This document shows positions 10,245 through 20,081 of a DNA stretch of 32,000 nucleotides, piece by piece; the stretch's first letter is position 1, and every line of letters starts with the position of its first letter. The DNA is taken from assembly GCF_900232105.1 (NCBI RefSeq), contig NZ_LT934425.1, forward strand, positions 1,860,001-1,892,000, in the 5' to 3' direction. A program made the position numbers and the translations under genes. The notes under the pieces are model-generated. The model was not told the DNA's origin. It did no database searches and worked only from the letters and a program-made list of their open reading frames with translations. Source of the DNA: Candidatus Kuenenia stuttgartensis. Its GTDB lineage: Bacteria; Planctomycetota; Brocadiia; Brocadiales; Brocadiaceae.

Positions 10245-11459
10245 TTAATATATTCGCCTTAACTCACTTTTTGGATAATAATGTCCCAAAATCTCTCTCC
10301 AGTTAAACCCTTTTTTCGCCATGCCCTGTACGCCATACTGGCAAAGCCCGACGCCATGCCCCCAGCCTTTGCCGGAAAAGGTAATATTCTTGCCATTATT
10401 CCTGGCGGTAAATGCGGTGCTATATAAATTATTTGGCCCTACCAGCAGCCTGAATCTGTTTGCATTCATCAGTTCCTTCCCTTTTGCAGCAATAATTTCA
10501 ACCTCAGAACCATGCTCCCCAGGGCCATGATTTACCGTTTTAACAGAAACGATATTTGAAACGTTAACCTTCGCTTTTTGTAATTTCTGTAGTATTGAGG
10601 ATTTCTCAATATTAACGCTCCATGTGTAATATTTGGAATTTTCGCAGTACCCGCATTTTACCCCAGACAGCGGAGGAAGCTTTTCTTTGCCAAATACCAA
10701 ATTGACGTCCTCGGTATGTCCGCCGCAGGTGCTGTGAAAATAGGCAGAAAATATCTCTCCGTGATATGCCATAACAATGCCCGCCGTATCCTGTACAATT
10801 TTTACGCTTTTCGCAGTTTCTCCAAGCATGCCCCTGTATGCAAGCTCAGACTTATCCAGGTGGAACGGTTCGTTTTTTTTGGCCTTCCTTCTGTTTTCCA
10901 CATAAGTTCTTATGGCGACTGCCTGGGAACGTAAAGCGTCTTCTTCCCATGAATTCGGCATTTCGCACCCAAGTACGCCTACCACAAAATTCTCAATATT
11001 AATTTCTTCGATAACCGAAAATTCTTTGTCTGTTTGCGGTAATATCCGTATTTCGCCGCGATAGGGGATTGAATCCAATACAATACCGCTACCCCCTAAA
11101 TCTTTGATCCGTAACTCGCTATTGTAATGCCTCTTGCCGCCTAGGTTAATCCAGCCATTTTCGATAAAAACATTCGCTTTATCCAACTTCACACCTTCAT
11201 CTACCACATTGGACAAACCCCCCAAAATCTGATATCGCCCATCAACCGACAATTCAGCTTTTTTAACCCTATCCAGAAGGAGTATCCTGACGTTGAGAGC
11301 ACTTTCATCACGGGAAGCATAGTCCCGCCCCCCTTCTTCTATTTTTGTAATATCCCTCTTGCATGACAGATGAGTGACTGCAACAAGAAACGGCACAATG
11401 AACATTATTGCTATATAGAATGTTTTGTGCATGATTTTATACCAAAAAAATGGCAACAA
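10245..11459 (-). CDS. SpoIID/LytB domain protein (putative peptidoglycan lytic transglycosylase family)
   Basis: LGCEMPNSWEEDALRSQAVAIRTY, YFHSTCGGHTED, GKGWGHGVGLCQYGVQGMAKKG: typical SpoIID/LytB signatures. N-terminal TM. Confidence 0.9.
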   Translation of the reverse strand: MLPFFWYKIMHKTFYIAIMFIVPFLVAVTHLSCKRDITKIEEGGRDYASRDESALNVRILLLDRVKKAELSVDGRYQILGGLSNVVDEGVKLDKANVFIENGWINLGGKRHYNSELRIKDLGGSGIVLDSIPYRGEIRILPQTDKEFSVIEEINIENFVVGVLGCEMPNSWEEDALRSQAVAIRTYVENRRKAKKNEPFHLDKSELAYRGMLGETAKSVKIVQDTAGIVMAYHGEIFSAYFHSTCGGHTEDVNLVFGKEKLPPLSGVKCGYCENSKYYTWSVNIEKSSILQKLQKAKVNVSNIVSVKTVNHGPGEHGSEVEIIAAKGKELMNANRFRLLVGPNNLYSTAFTARNNGKNITFSGKGWGHGVGLCQYGVQGMAKKGFNWREILGHYYPKSELRRIY

Positions 11460-11495
11460 TTTAGTTTTTGAAAAACCACGGTAAGGGGGAACATG

Positions 11496-12131
11496 TCATC
11501 TTGAACAATGGCATATTTCGCCACCGCTTTTTGCCGGCAACCCCCCGGAAGTATCTTCATTCTCCTTGTACTGAAGGCTATTTCCCTTATATAATTCCCG
11601 GGTCGTATCTTTGTATCTTTCATATTCACTGAAGACACAACCACAATAGCCCTGCCGGTAAATCATGTTTTTTCGTGCAATTTCATTGCTATGCTCAGAT
11701 AAATAACGATAATCACGATACAAAAAAGGTATCTCTTTTTCTTTTGATAGCCTTTCGGAAATTTCTTTTAATTGTACATGGTCCTGGTACCTGCTGAATA
11801 ACATTGTAGAGGTGAAGGCGTCATACGTATGTTTTTTTGCATACGATGCGGCACAATCAAGCCTCATGGCATAGCAATCTGCGCAACGGTTGCCTCCCTC
11901 ATAATTCACATTTTTCAAAAAATCTCTTAATCCATATTCTTCGTTAAAAATAATTTTTACTGGATTTTTTTCCTGAAAAACCCGCAATGCTTTTATTCTA
12001 CGGCGAAACTCAAGCAATGGATGTATATTCGGATTATAAAAAAACCCGGTAACGGCAAAACCTTCTTTTTTCAATTCATTGAGTGGCGCACATAAACAAC
12101 ATGCGCAACAGATATGTAATAATAGCTGCAT
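11496..12131 (-). CDS. queH: epoxyqueuosine reductase QueH
   Basis: HICCACC near the N terminus, GFFYNPNIHP, RCADCYAMRL, STMLFSRYQ, YRQGYCGCVFSE. Next to tgt, same pathway. Confidence 0.88.
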   Translation of the reverse strand: MQLLLHICCACCLCAPLNELKKEGFAVTGFFYNPNIHPLLEFRRRIKALRVFQEKNPVKIIFNEEYGLRDFLKNVNYEGGNRCADCYAMRLDCAASYAKKHTYDAFTSTMLFSRYQDHVQLKEISERLSKEKEIPFLYRDYRYLSEHSNEIARKNMIYRQGYCGCVFSEYERYKDTTRELYKGNSLQYKENEDTSGGLPAKSGGEICHCSR

Positions 12132-12152
12132 ATTTGTTTGAAAATTCCTTTG

Positions 12153-13217
12153 CTATTGAAATATCTTTTTTTGCGCCGGCATTTGTTTGTGAACACCGAG
12201 ATGCTCGTATGTTTGTTTTGTGGCAATTCTCCCCCGCGGCGTTTTTTCCAAATAACCTCTTTGGATAAGGAAGGATTCATACACTTCTTCTATAGTATCT
12301 TCTTGTTCATTTACCGATACTGCTATCGTTTTTAATCCGATAGGGCCTCCTCCGCTTTTTACTACCGTCTGCAAAATCTTGCGGTCCATTTCGCATAAAC
12401 CATTTTCGTCTACGCCCAACATCTCCAGCCCCCTGAGTGCTATTTTCTCGTCTATCACATCCTTCCCGTCTTCTCCTAACACCTGGGCCACATCCCGAAT
12501 TCTCCTTAAAAACCTGTTTGCAATCCTCGGGGTGCCACGCGACCGCTTTGCTATTGCTTCTGCACCCTTTACCTCAATTGGTATCGCAAGCTTACGCGCA
12601 GAATTACACACAATTTTATACAGATCTTCCCATGGATAAAATTCCAGTTTCTCAAGTACCCCAAACCGTGACCGTAACGGTGCAGTAAGCAACCCCTCAC
12701 GGGTAGTGGCTCCAATAAGTGTAAACCTTTGCAGGTTTATTTTTACCGACCTCGCTTTTTGCCCCTGGTCAATAATTATATCGATGGAGAAATCTTCCAT
12801 TGCAGAATACAAATATTCTTCTACATTAGTATTTAATCGATGAATCTCATCAATGAAAAGAATTTCACCTTGCTGTAAATTGGTTAAAATGCCCGCAAGG
12901 TCTGCCGGTTTATCCAATATGGGACCGGAAGTCGTCCTTATAGCGGTATTTGTTTCACTCGCAATGATTTGGGATAACGTCGTTTTCCCCAAACCAGGCG
13001 GGCCGGAAAACAAGACGTGATCAATTGGTTCACCCCTTTTTTTTGCCGCTTTTATATAGATATGCAGGTTTTCTTTTATACGATCTTGTCCTATGAAATC
13101 ATTAAATCTTTTCGGCCTAAGCGTAAGATCAAGATTACTATCTTCAATTGCCGCGGAAGAAGACAATACCCCTTCATTTAACATGCCCGATTCCTTACTT
13201 AGTAAATTAAGAACCAT
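12153..13217 (-). CDS. ruvB: Holliday junction branch migration helicase RuvB
   Basis: RPKRFNDFIGQDRIKENL, GPPGLGKTTL (Walker A), LFIDEIHRL (Walker B), RSRFGVLEKLEFY, RGTPRIANRFLRRIRD. Confidence 0.97.
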   Translation of the reverse strand: MVLNLLSKESGMLNEGVLSSSAAIEDSNLDLTLRPKRFNDFIGQDRIKENLHIYIKAAKKRGEPIDHVLFSGPPGLGKTTLSQIIASETNTAIRTTSGPILDKPADLAGILTNLQQGEILFIDEIHRLNTNVEEYLYSAMEDFSIDIIIDQGQKARSVKINLQRFTLIGATTREGLLTAPLRSRFGVLEKLEFYPWEDLYKIVCNSARKLAIPIEVKGAEAIAKRSRGTPRIANRFLRRIRDVAQVLGEDGKDVIDEKIALRGLEMLGVDENGLCEMDRKILQTVVKSGGGPIGLKTIAVSVNEQEDTIEEVYESFLIQRGYLEKTPRGRIATKQTYEHLGVHKQMPAQKKIFQ

Positions 13218-13229
13218 TACAGCACTCTA

Positions 13230-13820
13230 TTATGTTTTAAACTTCAAGGCTTCCCGCACAAGAACTTCTATATTGTCCACCAAATTCAATTTTTTTACGG
13301 CCTCTTTTACTGCGTTTTCCGCCACAGGCCTGCCATATCCTAAAGAAATTAACGCCATAATTGCATCGTCGGCAAATGCCCTTTGTCTGCCATCCATTTC
13401 TATATCTATGGATGCTTTTGCCCCTTTAACGCTTTCCTTTAGTTCCAACACAATTCGTTCCGCTGTTTTTTTTCCCACTCCTTTGATTCGCATTAATGCC
13501 TTTGTGTCTTCTCTGGCTATTGCACACTTAATATCGTTTGCCGTACTGCCGGATAGTATGGCAATTGCCATAGTTGGCCCAACACCATTTACCGATAGCA
13601 ATAGCTGGAATAAGCCCCTTTCTTCATCTGAGGCAAATCCAAACAGTTTTATGCCATCTTCTCTCAAAAACAACTGAGTATGAATTGTAACTTCGCCACG
13701 GCTGGGAATTTTTTCAAAAGTAGAGATTGGAATGTGTAATAAATAACCAACGCCTGCAACTTCCAAGACCAACTTGGTGGGAGATTTGCTAATCACTTGC
13801 CCCCGGATGTAATCTAACAT
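13230..13820 (-). CDS. ruvA: Holliday junction branch migration protein RuvA
   Basis: MLDYIRGQVISKSPTKLVLEVAGVGYLLHIP, LLSVNGVGPTMAIAIL, IKGVGKKTAERIVLELK. Immediately upstream of ruvB. Confidence 0.95.
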   Translation of the reverse strand: MLDYIRGQVISKSPTKLVLEVAGVGYLLHIPISTFEKIPSRGEVTIHTQLFLREDGIKLFGFASDEERGLFQLLLSVNGVGPTMAIAILSGSTANDIKCAIAREDTKALMRIKGVGKKTAERIVLELKESVKGAKASIDIEMDGRQRAFADDAIMALISLGYGRPVAENAVKEAVKKLNLVDNIEVLVREALKFKT

Positions 13821-14056
13821 AAGAATACCTTCCGCAACACACTGCTATATAACATCCAGCGCCATTCCTGCCATTTTCTTTGAGGCCTTTCCGCAAACAC
13901 GCCTCCTGCCACTTTATACCGCCAACATTTATATCTGTCTGAAAGGGGTTTCTATTTTGTTGATTTCCAAGAAAAACTTACTTGTGGAACACGAAAAAAT
14001 GCTGACCTTCAGATTGCAATCTGCCTAAACCGACCATGGCAAAGCAAACTGCCAAA

Positions 14057-15199
14057 TCAACCTTTTGCCCTCTTCAGGGAACCAGTCTTTTTGCCAGTGG
14101 ATTTCTCGATATTGTGCCCATCATAGGATTGTCCCAATTGTAATCCTTTTTGTATCAATATTGCCTTTATTTCGTTAAGAGAGGTTTCCCCAAAATTTTT
14201 AAATGTCAACAAATCTGGTTCTGAAATTCTTGTCAGATCTCTTAAGGTATGAATATTCATTTTTTCAAGGCAATTTCTGCTCCGAACGGAAAGTTCGAAG
14301 TCGGAAATGGGAATATTTAACACGTCACCTTCATGTCCCTGTTTTTTCGACGCCTCCTCATCAAAAACCATTTCCGAAGAAGCCTTTGCACTCTTCAGGC
14401 AAAATGAGGCCCTTTCGTGCATAGGCTCTACATCCAAAACGGCTTCATAACAAAAAATTGCGTCATCATATTTTCCATTGTCTTCGTATAATATCCCTAA
14501 ATTCATGTATGCATTTTTATGGGCAGGACGGAGGTTGGTGCATCGTTCATAATATTCAATCGCAAGGTCGTCTTCCCCGGCGATATCGTAATTAAATGCC
14601 ATTTGAAAAAGAGATTTCGTATGATTTGGTTCGATCTGAAGCGCCTTGTCGTAATGCACGAAAGCCTCTTCGTACATCCCCAAGGACTCCAGGCAATGTC
14701 CCCATTGATAATGCAGTTCAGCGTTGTCGTTGTGTGACTGTGAAAAATTCTTTATTACCTTTAATGCCTCATTGCTGTCGCCCGCCATTCTTTTTGTCTC
14801 GGCAATATCCATGCAGATATCAAATTCTTCATCATCTGATTTTTTCGCCCGTTCAAAACACTCTAACGCATTTTTATAATCACCCAATTCCTGATAACAT
14901 TTCCCCAGGTAATACGAGCCTATTTTCCTTGTCTTTACTTCATTCAATAAGCCCATAGCTTCTTTCGTTTCTCCAATGATCCACAAACATATTCCCAGCA
15001 ACAGCTTTTTGTCTTTCAGTTTAGCGTTATCAGTTTCCTTCCTTATTCCTTCCCTTAATGACTCTATTTTTTTATCAAAGATCTTCCTGTTTTCTAAAAA
15101 GCCTAAAACTTTTTGTTTTATCTCAGCAACAGTCTCTCTTGAAATTGTTTCAGCGTCAAGGAGTTTGTTGATATCTAACTCAGATACCGTATCTGCCAT
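14057..15199 (-). CDS. tetratricopeptide repeat protein with C-terminal RNA polymerase alpha-CTD-like domain
   Basis: Several TPR units (e.g. AFVHYDKALQIEPNHTKSLFQMAFNYD, AIFCYEAVLDVEPMHERASF), then IPISDFELSVRSRNCLEKMNIHTLRDLTRISEPDLLTFKNFGETSLNEIKAIL, which matches the alpha-CTD pattern. Confidence 0.85.
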   Translation of the reverse strand: MADTVSELDINKLLDAETISRETVAEIKQKVLGFLENRKIFDKKIESLREGIRKETDNAKLKDKKLLLGICLWIIGETKEAMGLLNEVKTRKIGSYYLGKCYQELGDYKNALECFERAKKSDDEEFDICMDIAETKRMAGDSNEALKVIKNFSQSHNDNAELHYQWGHCLESLGMYEEAFVHYDKALQIEPNHTKSLFQMAFNYDIAGEDDLAIEYYERCTNLRPAHKNAYMNLGILYEDNGKYDDAIFCYEAVLDVEPMHERASFCLKSAKASSEMVFDEEASKKQGHEGDVLNIPISDFELSVRSRNCLEKMNIHTLRDLTRISEPDLLTFKNFGETSLNEIKAILIQKGLQLGQSYDGHNIEKSTGKKTGSLKRAKG

Positions 15200-15610
15200 A
15201 TTACCGAATCTCCATCTGTTTTACTAAAATGCAATTACTTAAAAGACGTTCTTTTAAGGTATTTAAGGGATTGAGTTTAACAAACTTAAACTTTAAATTC
15301 AACTAAATTTTCCGCCTGAAACGTTACAACATATATATAAATAATTACTTATGATTTTAAGGGAAAATGAACTTTTAAACACTCCTAAATTATAAGATTA
15401 GTTCCTAAAAAAATTTCATTTAGAATTTTTTCATTTCCCCATGGCTTTGAAAAAATGATATAAGTGGAAAACATCCGGCGGGACAAAGTTTCAGTAGCAA
15501 AGGTAAAAAGAGGTTGAAACCACAGATTTCCAGGCTTGTTTCGTTTTTGTATAATAAGCTTCCATGCAACACTTTTTTTGTTTTTTATCATTTGAAAATG
15601 CAATAATCCT

Positions 15611-16303
15611 ATGGAATTTATCACAACTAACTTCGAAAATCTTATTTATATCTATGAACATATTTTCTGGCTTAAAGAGTGCCTTACCCTATTGCAATCG
15701 GCACTTGTTTTTCTCCTTGTATTATGGATTTTGCGAAGAAAGCAAAAAATAGAATTTCTCCTCTATCTTTCCGCTTGCATTGGCATTGCATGTGTGTATT
15801 TTGGCGACAATGAATACTGGAGTGATAATGACATTCTCAAATTTATCGCCCCGGCTTCATTATATTTTTTTTATAATACAACTGGGAAAGAGAGAAATGC
15901 CATCCTCTTTGCGTTTCTTACGCCCTATTCTATAATCTCTTACGAGTTTTACCGCGGTTTGGAATTCGCAATAGCATCCATACTTTCACATTCCCTGGTT
16001 ATTTTCAGCATTATTATTGCGAAAAACACCTACTATCTCTCTCTGTTTATTAGCGTAGTGGTAGGCCTTCTCTTTAATTATATCGGGGCTACTACCTCGC
16101 CCGGCACAAACGATCTTTTTATAAATCCTGTACTGCTCACATTAGCCACCATTTGGCTTGAAATATATAAAAAAAATCCTCTTTACACAAATTTTCTGAA
16201 AATCTTTTGGATTACGCTTATTTGTTTTGCTTATTTCGGTAGCTGGCTTTTTTGCGTTACTCAGCCATTTATCGCCTCATTCTTTCAACCAAATCATCCT
16301 TAA
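15611..16303 (+). CDS. polytopic membrane protein of unknown function
   Basis: 230 aa ORF with about 6-7 hydrophobic segments. No recognised family signature. Confidence 0.55.
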   Translation: MEFITTNFENLIYIYEHIFWLKECLTLLQSALVFLLVLWILRRKQKIEFLLYLSACIGIACVYFGDNEYWSDNDILKFIAPASLYFFYNTTGKERNAILFAFLTPYSIISYEFYRGLEFAIASILSHSLVIFSIIIAKNTYYLSLFISVVVGLLFNYIGATTSPGTNDLFINPVLLTLATIWLEIYKKNPLYTNFLKIFWITLICFAYFGSWLFCVTQPFIASFFQPNHP

Positions 16304-16862
16304 CAAGGATAAGCCGGATCCAAATAAGCATAAAACAGGAAGAAAAGAGACAGAGAAGGTTGGCATTGCAGCCTTTTTCGAAAAACCACACATGCCTACC
16401 CCTGCCGACAAGCCCCGCTTCTCGCGAAAAAAGTTGATCATTTTATACGTCTCTAAAACCATAAATGCACAAACAAAGTATCCTTGCAAAATGAAATGCT
16501 TGTTTCTCGTCCGAAATAAAACATAGCGCAAGGTAGATATTATAAATAACCCATACCTGTTAAGAGCTTAAAATCAGATCCCTGCAATAGTATAATTTGT
16601 CACATAAGCTATGCATTGAATAGTGGTTATATCATTCAGCAGAATGCTTTAGCAAAATGCCTGCGTGAGACTCCTTGCACTATAGGCTTGTGCTGTATAT
16701 CAAAATTTTAGCATAGACGTCCATGGACAACACTGTGCAAGTTCAACTAAGACAAACATAATTTGCCCCTGCCGCACAGCATAAAAAGCACATTTTGTAA
16801 ATATCCTGAGTATGATTAAGTATATATGACATATTCATGTGTATAAAAGGTGTATTGTTTTG

Positions 16863-16879
16863 GGAGCGCAATTTGCTTG
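16863..16879 (+). promoter_or_regulatory. weak candidate sigma54-type -24/-12 promoter upstream of the SulP gene
   Basis: GG-AGCGCAATTT-GC with 10-nt spacing between the GG and GC dinucleotides and a good TTGCT -12 half. The -24 half is only a partial match. Confidence 0.2.
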
Positions 16880-16969
16880 ACTTGTGACTACTTCTTTTTA
16901 AAAGAAGTGGTGTGACAAGAAGGTACTATCGTATAAAAATATTCTTAAGATTTACAATTAAGGAGGTAA

Positions 16970-18928
16970 ATGAGTGTGTCGAAATTAAACGGTGCTCAAG
17001 AGCCCGTTCCGAATGCCGGCTTTTCCGGAATGGGACAAAATTTTAAAAAAGACTTTAATGCGGGATTTCTGGTTTTTTTAATTGCACTTCCGTTGTGTCT
17101 GGGGATTTCTCTTGCCTGTGGTTATCCGGCAATAGCAGGCATATTCACTGCGGTTGTAGGCGCAGTCGTTACAACGTTTATTAGTAATTCACAGTTAACA
17201 ATAAAAGGGCCGGCCGCGGGGTTAATTGTTATTGCAATTGGTGCAGTTACCGATTTCGGGTATACCGGGGGAAGAGACATCGCCGCAGATATTCAAGCCT
17301 ACAGAATGGCGCTGGGGGTAGGTGTCGCCGCCGGCTGCTTACAGATTATATTTGGTCTTCTCCGGGTAGGCTCACTTGGGGATTTTTTCCCCTTATGTGC
17401 TGTACATGGCATGTTAGCCGCTATTGGCATTATTGTCATTCTCAAACAATTTCCCATAGTATTAGGCGGTACTGCGGCAGGTGAACCTTTTGAATTAATG
17501 GCAGAGATACCCAGGGTTATCATTGATATGAATCCTTACATTGCGGCAATAGGCATCGGCAGTTTAATTATCATGTTTGGTATCCCAAAGATAAAGCATA
17601 AGTATAAAATACTGCAAAAGATTCCTCCTCCAATGTTTGTGCTATTTTTTGCAATACCGCTTTGTTTATCTCTTGGAGTGCCAAATGAAGGCATTTATGT
17701 CTTTGAAGGATATGAATATAACCTCGGAAAAGAATTCATGGTAAATATTCCAGGCAATATGTTCAAGGCAATCGCCTTCCCGGATTTTTCTTCATTAAAA
17801 TACATTGCAGGATGGAAATGGGTAATAATGTTTGCACTGATAGGAAGCATCGAATCCCTTCTTAGCGCAAAGGCGATAGATATTCTTGATCCATGGAAAA
17901 GGAAAACAAACCTTGACAGGGATTTGTTTGCTGTTGGAATAGGAAACACACTGTGTGCATTTATCGGCGGACTGCCTATGATATCTGAAATTGTGCGTAG
18001 TAAGGCAAATATAGACAATGGTGCGCGCACACGTTTTGCAAACATGTACCACGGTCTATTGTTGCTGCTTTTTGTCGCGCTTGTGCCTTTTTTACTTTGC
18101 AAAATACCCCTGGCGGCGCTAGCCGCAATGCTTGTATACACAGGGTTTCAGTTAACCGCGCCAAAGGAATTTGTTCATACTTACAAAATTGGCGTGGAGC
18201 AGTTGGTCATATTTGTCACTACATTAGTAGCAGTATTGGCAACGGACCTGGTCATCGGAATCGCCATAGGCATAGGAGCAAAATTTTTCGTACATATCAT
18301 AAACGGCGTACCCCTTCGGTCATTATTCAGGCCGTATCTGGATGTTAAGATAAAGGACGATAAGACGGTAGTAATTTTCGCAAGCGATTCGGCTGTTTTC
18401 AGCAACTGGATTCCGTTCAGAAAACAGGTAGAATACTTCCTTAAAGAAGATAAAAATGTAATATTGAACATGTCAAAAACAAAGCTTATTGATCATAGTG
18501 TTATGGGAAAGCTAAACGAGTTCGAGCATGAATTCGAGCGTAAAAATCTTACCCTGGAAGTAGTTGGTTTAGAGGCACATCAAAAGCTGTCGGGACATAA
18601 ACTTTCTGCCATGAAACATAACAGGGAATTGATCGTAAGAAAACATGTAAGCATTGTTGCTGAAACGGGAGCCCAGGCGTTGGTAAGGAAAGGCTTTATG
18701 AACCTTGATATTGCCAGGTTTGCAAGCATAGAACCGGTCAAAAAGCTGACGGACACACCAAATGCAGCATATTCTTTAGTGCGTATTGAAGCACTGCTGC
18801 AAAATGAAAAAGCCGATGAGCTTTTTGAGTATTTACGTGAGGAAATATTACCAAAGCACCCCGATACAATTGTCAGCATCGAAGATGTCGAAATGGTGTT
18901 GCCTTATGAAAGAAATCCGCAAAAATAG
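16970..18928 (+). CDS. SulP-family inorganic anion transporter with STAS domain and C-terminal extension
   Basis: 652 aa. FLVFLIALPLCLGISLACGYPAIAGIFTAVVGA, LTIKGPAAGLIVI, GGLPMISEIVRSKANIDNGARTRFANMYHGLLL. STAS-like segment after residue ~460. AGGAGG just upstream. Confidence 0.92.
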   Translation: MSVSKLNGAQEPVPNAGFSGMGQNFKKDFNAGFLVFLIALPLCLGISLACGYPAIAGIFTAVVGAVVTTFISNSQLTIKGPAAGLIVIAIGAVTDFGYTGGRDIAADIQAYRMALGVGVAAGCLQIIFGLLRVGSLGDFFPLCAVHGMLAAIGIIVILKQFPIVLGGTAAGEPFELMAEIPRVIIDMNPYIAAIGIGSLIIMFGIPKIKHKYKILQKIPPPMFVLFFAIPLCLSLGVPNEGIYVFEGYEYNLGKEFMVNIPGNMFKAIAFPDFSSLKYIAGWKWVIMFALIGSIESLLSAKAIDILDPWKRKTNLDRDLFAVGIGNTLCAFIGGLPMISEIVRSKANIDNGARTRFANMYHGLLLLLFVALVPFLLCKIPLAALAAMLVYTGFQLTAPKEFVHTYKIGVEQLVIFVTTLVAVLATDLVIGIAIGIGAKFFVHIINGVPLRSLFRPYLDVKIKDDKTVVIFASDSAVFSNWIPFRKQVEYFLKEDKNVILNMSKTKLIDHSVMGKLNEFEHEFERKNLTLEVVGLEAHQKLSGHKLSAMKHNRELIVRKHVSIVAETGAQALVRKGFMNLDIARFASIEPVKKLTDTPNAAYSLVRIEALLQNEKADELFEYLREEILPKHPDTIVSIEDVEMVLPYERNPQK

Positions 18929-18945
18929 GATAAATGTGATTGCCA

Positions 18946-18982
18946 AAAATTACCGTGGCACTTTTTGTGTCACGGTAATTTT
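18946..18982 (+). terminator. hairpin terminator downstream of the SulP gene, possibly bidirectional
   Basis: AAAATTACCGTG (18946-18957) / CACGGTAATTTT (18971-18982) with further inner pairing GCAC/GTGT around TTTTT. A-tract on one arm, T-tract on the other. Confidence 0.7.
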
Positions 18983-19082
18983 CTTCTCTGAGTCACCTGA
19001 AAACAAATAGGGTGAAAATCGTTGCCGGCAGGCATGTTTTCCAGGGATTAATTGAAATTTGAAGAGGACGACGGAAGGATAT

Positions 19083-20081
19083 TTATAACAGGGCTTTTTT
19101 TCTGATAAACCGGTGAAATACAATAGAAATAGTGAAGATAACAGTTGCAACAACTACAAGGTACGCTTCCAGCACAACAAAGGGATGCAATACTTCTTTT
19201 TCATCCATTTCCACAAGGAGAAACCATTTCACATCCCTTAAACCGTCAAGGGGTGTATATGCGCTGATCACGGGAAGGTTGCGATAATCCTTCACTCGTT
19301 GTATATAGGTATTGCCAAGAATGACATCCCGCGAAGATTTTGTGTCTATTTTCATTTTTAAAATAGTATTTTCCCTGAGAAATCTTGACTTTGTTCTCAT
19401 TAATTTGTCTTCGCCAATAATATAAATCTCTCCTGTTTTTCCTAATCCTTCCGATTGTGACACAATAGCGTCAAGTTTCGAATAGGGTATTTCAACAATA
19501 ATTACCCCTAAAAATGTAGTGGCATTATCAAAAACAGGGCAGGCGCCAATGCACATGAAGTCTCTCGTTTTCTCGTTAAAGGTTATATCTGAAAAATGAA
19601 GGCGTGTTAACCCTTCAGTGAAGACTTCATTGAGTGTCGTTGAAACAAAATGACTGCTTTTTAAATTTTCTCCACGAAACGATTCGCCTTTTACTCCATA
19701 GACAACAAATCCCTCTGCATCCACGAGGTATATGTTTTGGAGGCCATGCTGCGTCAAAAAATGCATAAAAAGGTATCCATAATCCCTTTCTGCTTGTTTA
19801 TAACGGGGATCACCAAAACCGCCTTCCTTAAACGCGGCGGCAAAAACCGGTAAACTCTGCATAATGAGCGGATTTTTGGAGAGGATATTAATGTCACCGT
19901 ACCGTTCACGGAAAAAGCTCTGTATCTGTGTTTTTTTAATTTCCCGAACGGAAAAGAGGTGGTTCTGAACCTGTTTTCGAAGCCCAGACCCAAGGATTTT
20001 AAAGGAGAGCAACCCCATAGCAATCAAAAACGTAATTATCGCTATTATAACAGTTAAAAGTGTTTTATTTACAGAGTTCAA
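19083..20081 (-). CDS. membrane-bound Cache-type sensor protein lacking a recognisable output domain
   Basis: 332 aa: N-terminal TM, long extracytoplasmic region with Cache-like features (RYGDINILSKNPLI, IYLVDAEGFVVYG, TGEIYIIGED), second TM, then only FHRFIRKKALL before the stop. Confidence 0.65.
   Translation of the reverse strand: MNSVNKTLLTVIIAIITFLIAMGLLSFKILGSGLRKQVQNHLFSVREIKKTQIQSFFRERYGDINILSKNPLIMQSLPVFAAAFKEGGFGDPRYKQAERDYGYLFMHFLTQHGLQNIYLVDAEGFVVYGVKGESFRGENLKSSHFVSTTLNEVFTEGLTRLHFSDITFNEKTRDFMCIGACPVFDNATTFLGVIIVEIPYSKLDAIVSQSEGLGKTGEIYIIGEDKLMRTKSRFLRENTILKMKIDTKSSRDVILGNTYIQRVKDYRNLPVISAYTPLDGLRDVKWFLLVEMDEKEVLHPFVVLEAYLVVVATVIFTISIVFHRFIRKKALL

Noticed and set aside
13093-13677. 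194-aa plus-strand ORF antisense to ruvA
   Set aside because: Serine/phenylalanine-rich antisense translation of a confidently identified ruvA gene.
16277-16531. 84-aa minus-strand ORF after the unknown membrane protein
   Set aside because: Composition is unconvincing, it overlaps the end of the upstream gene, and it has no conserved motif. Treated as chance.
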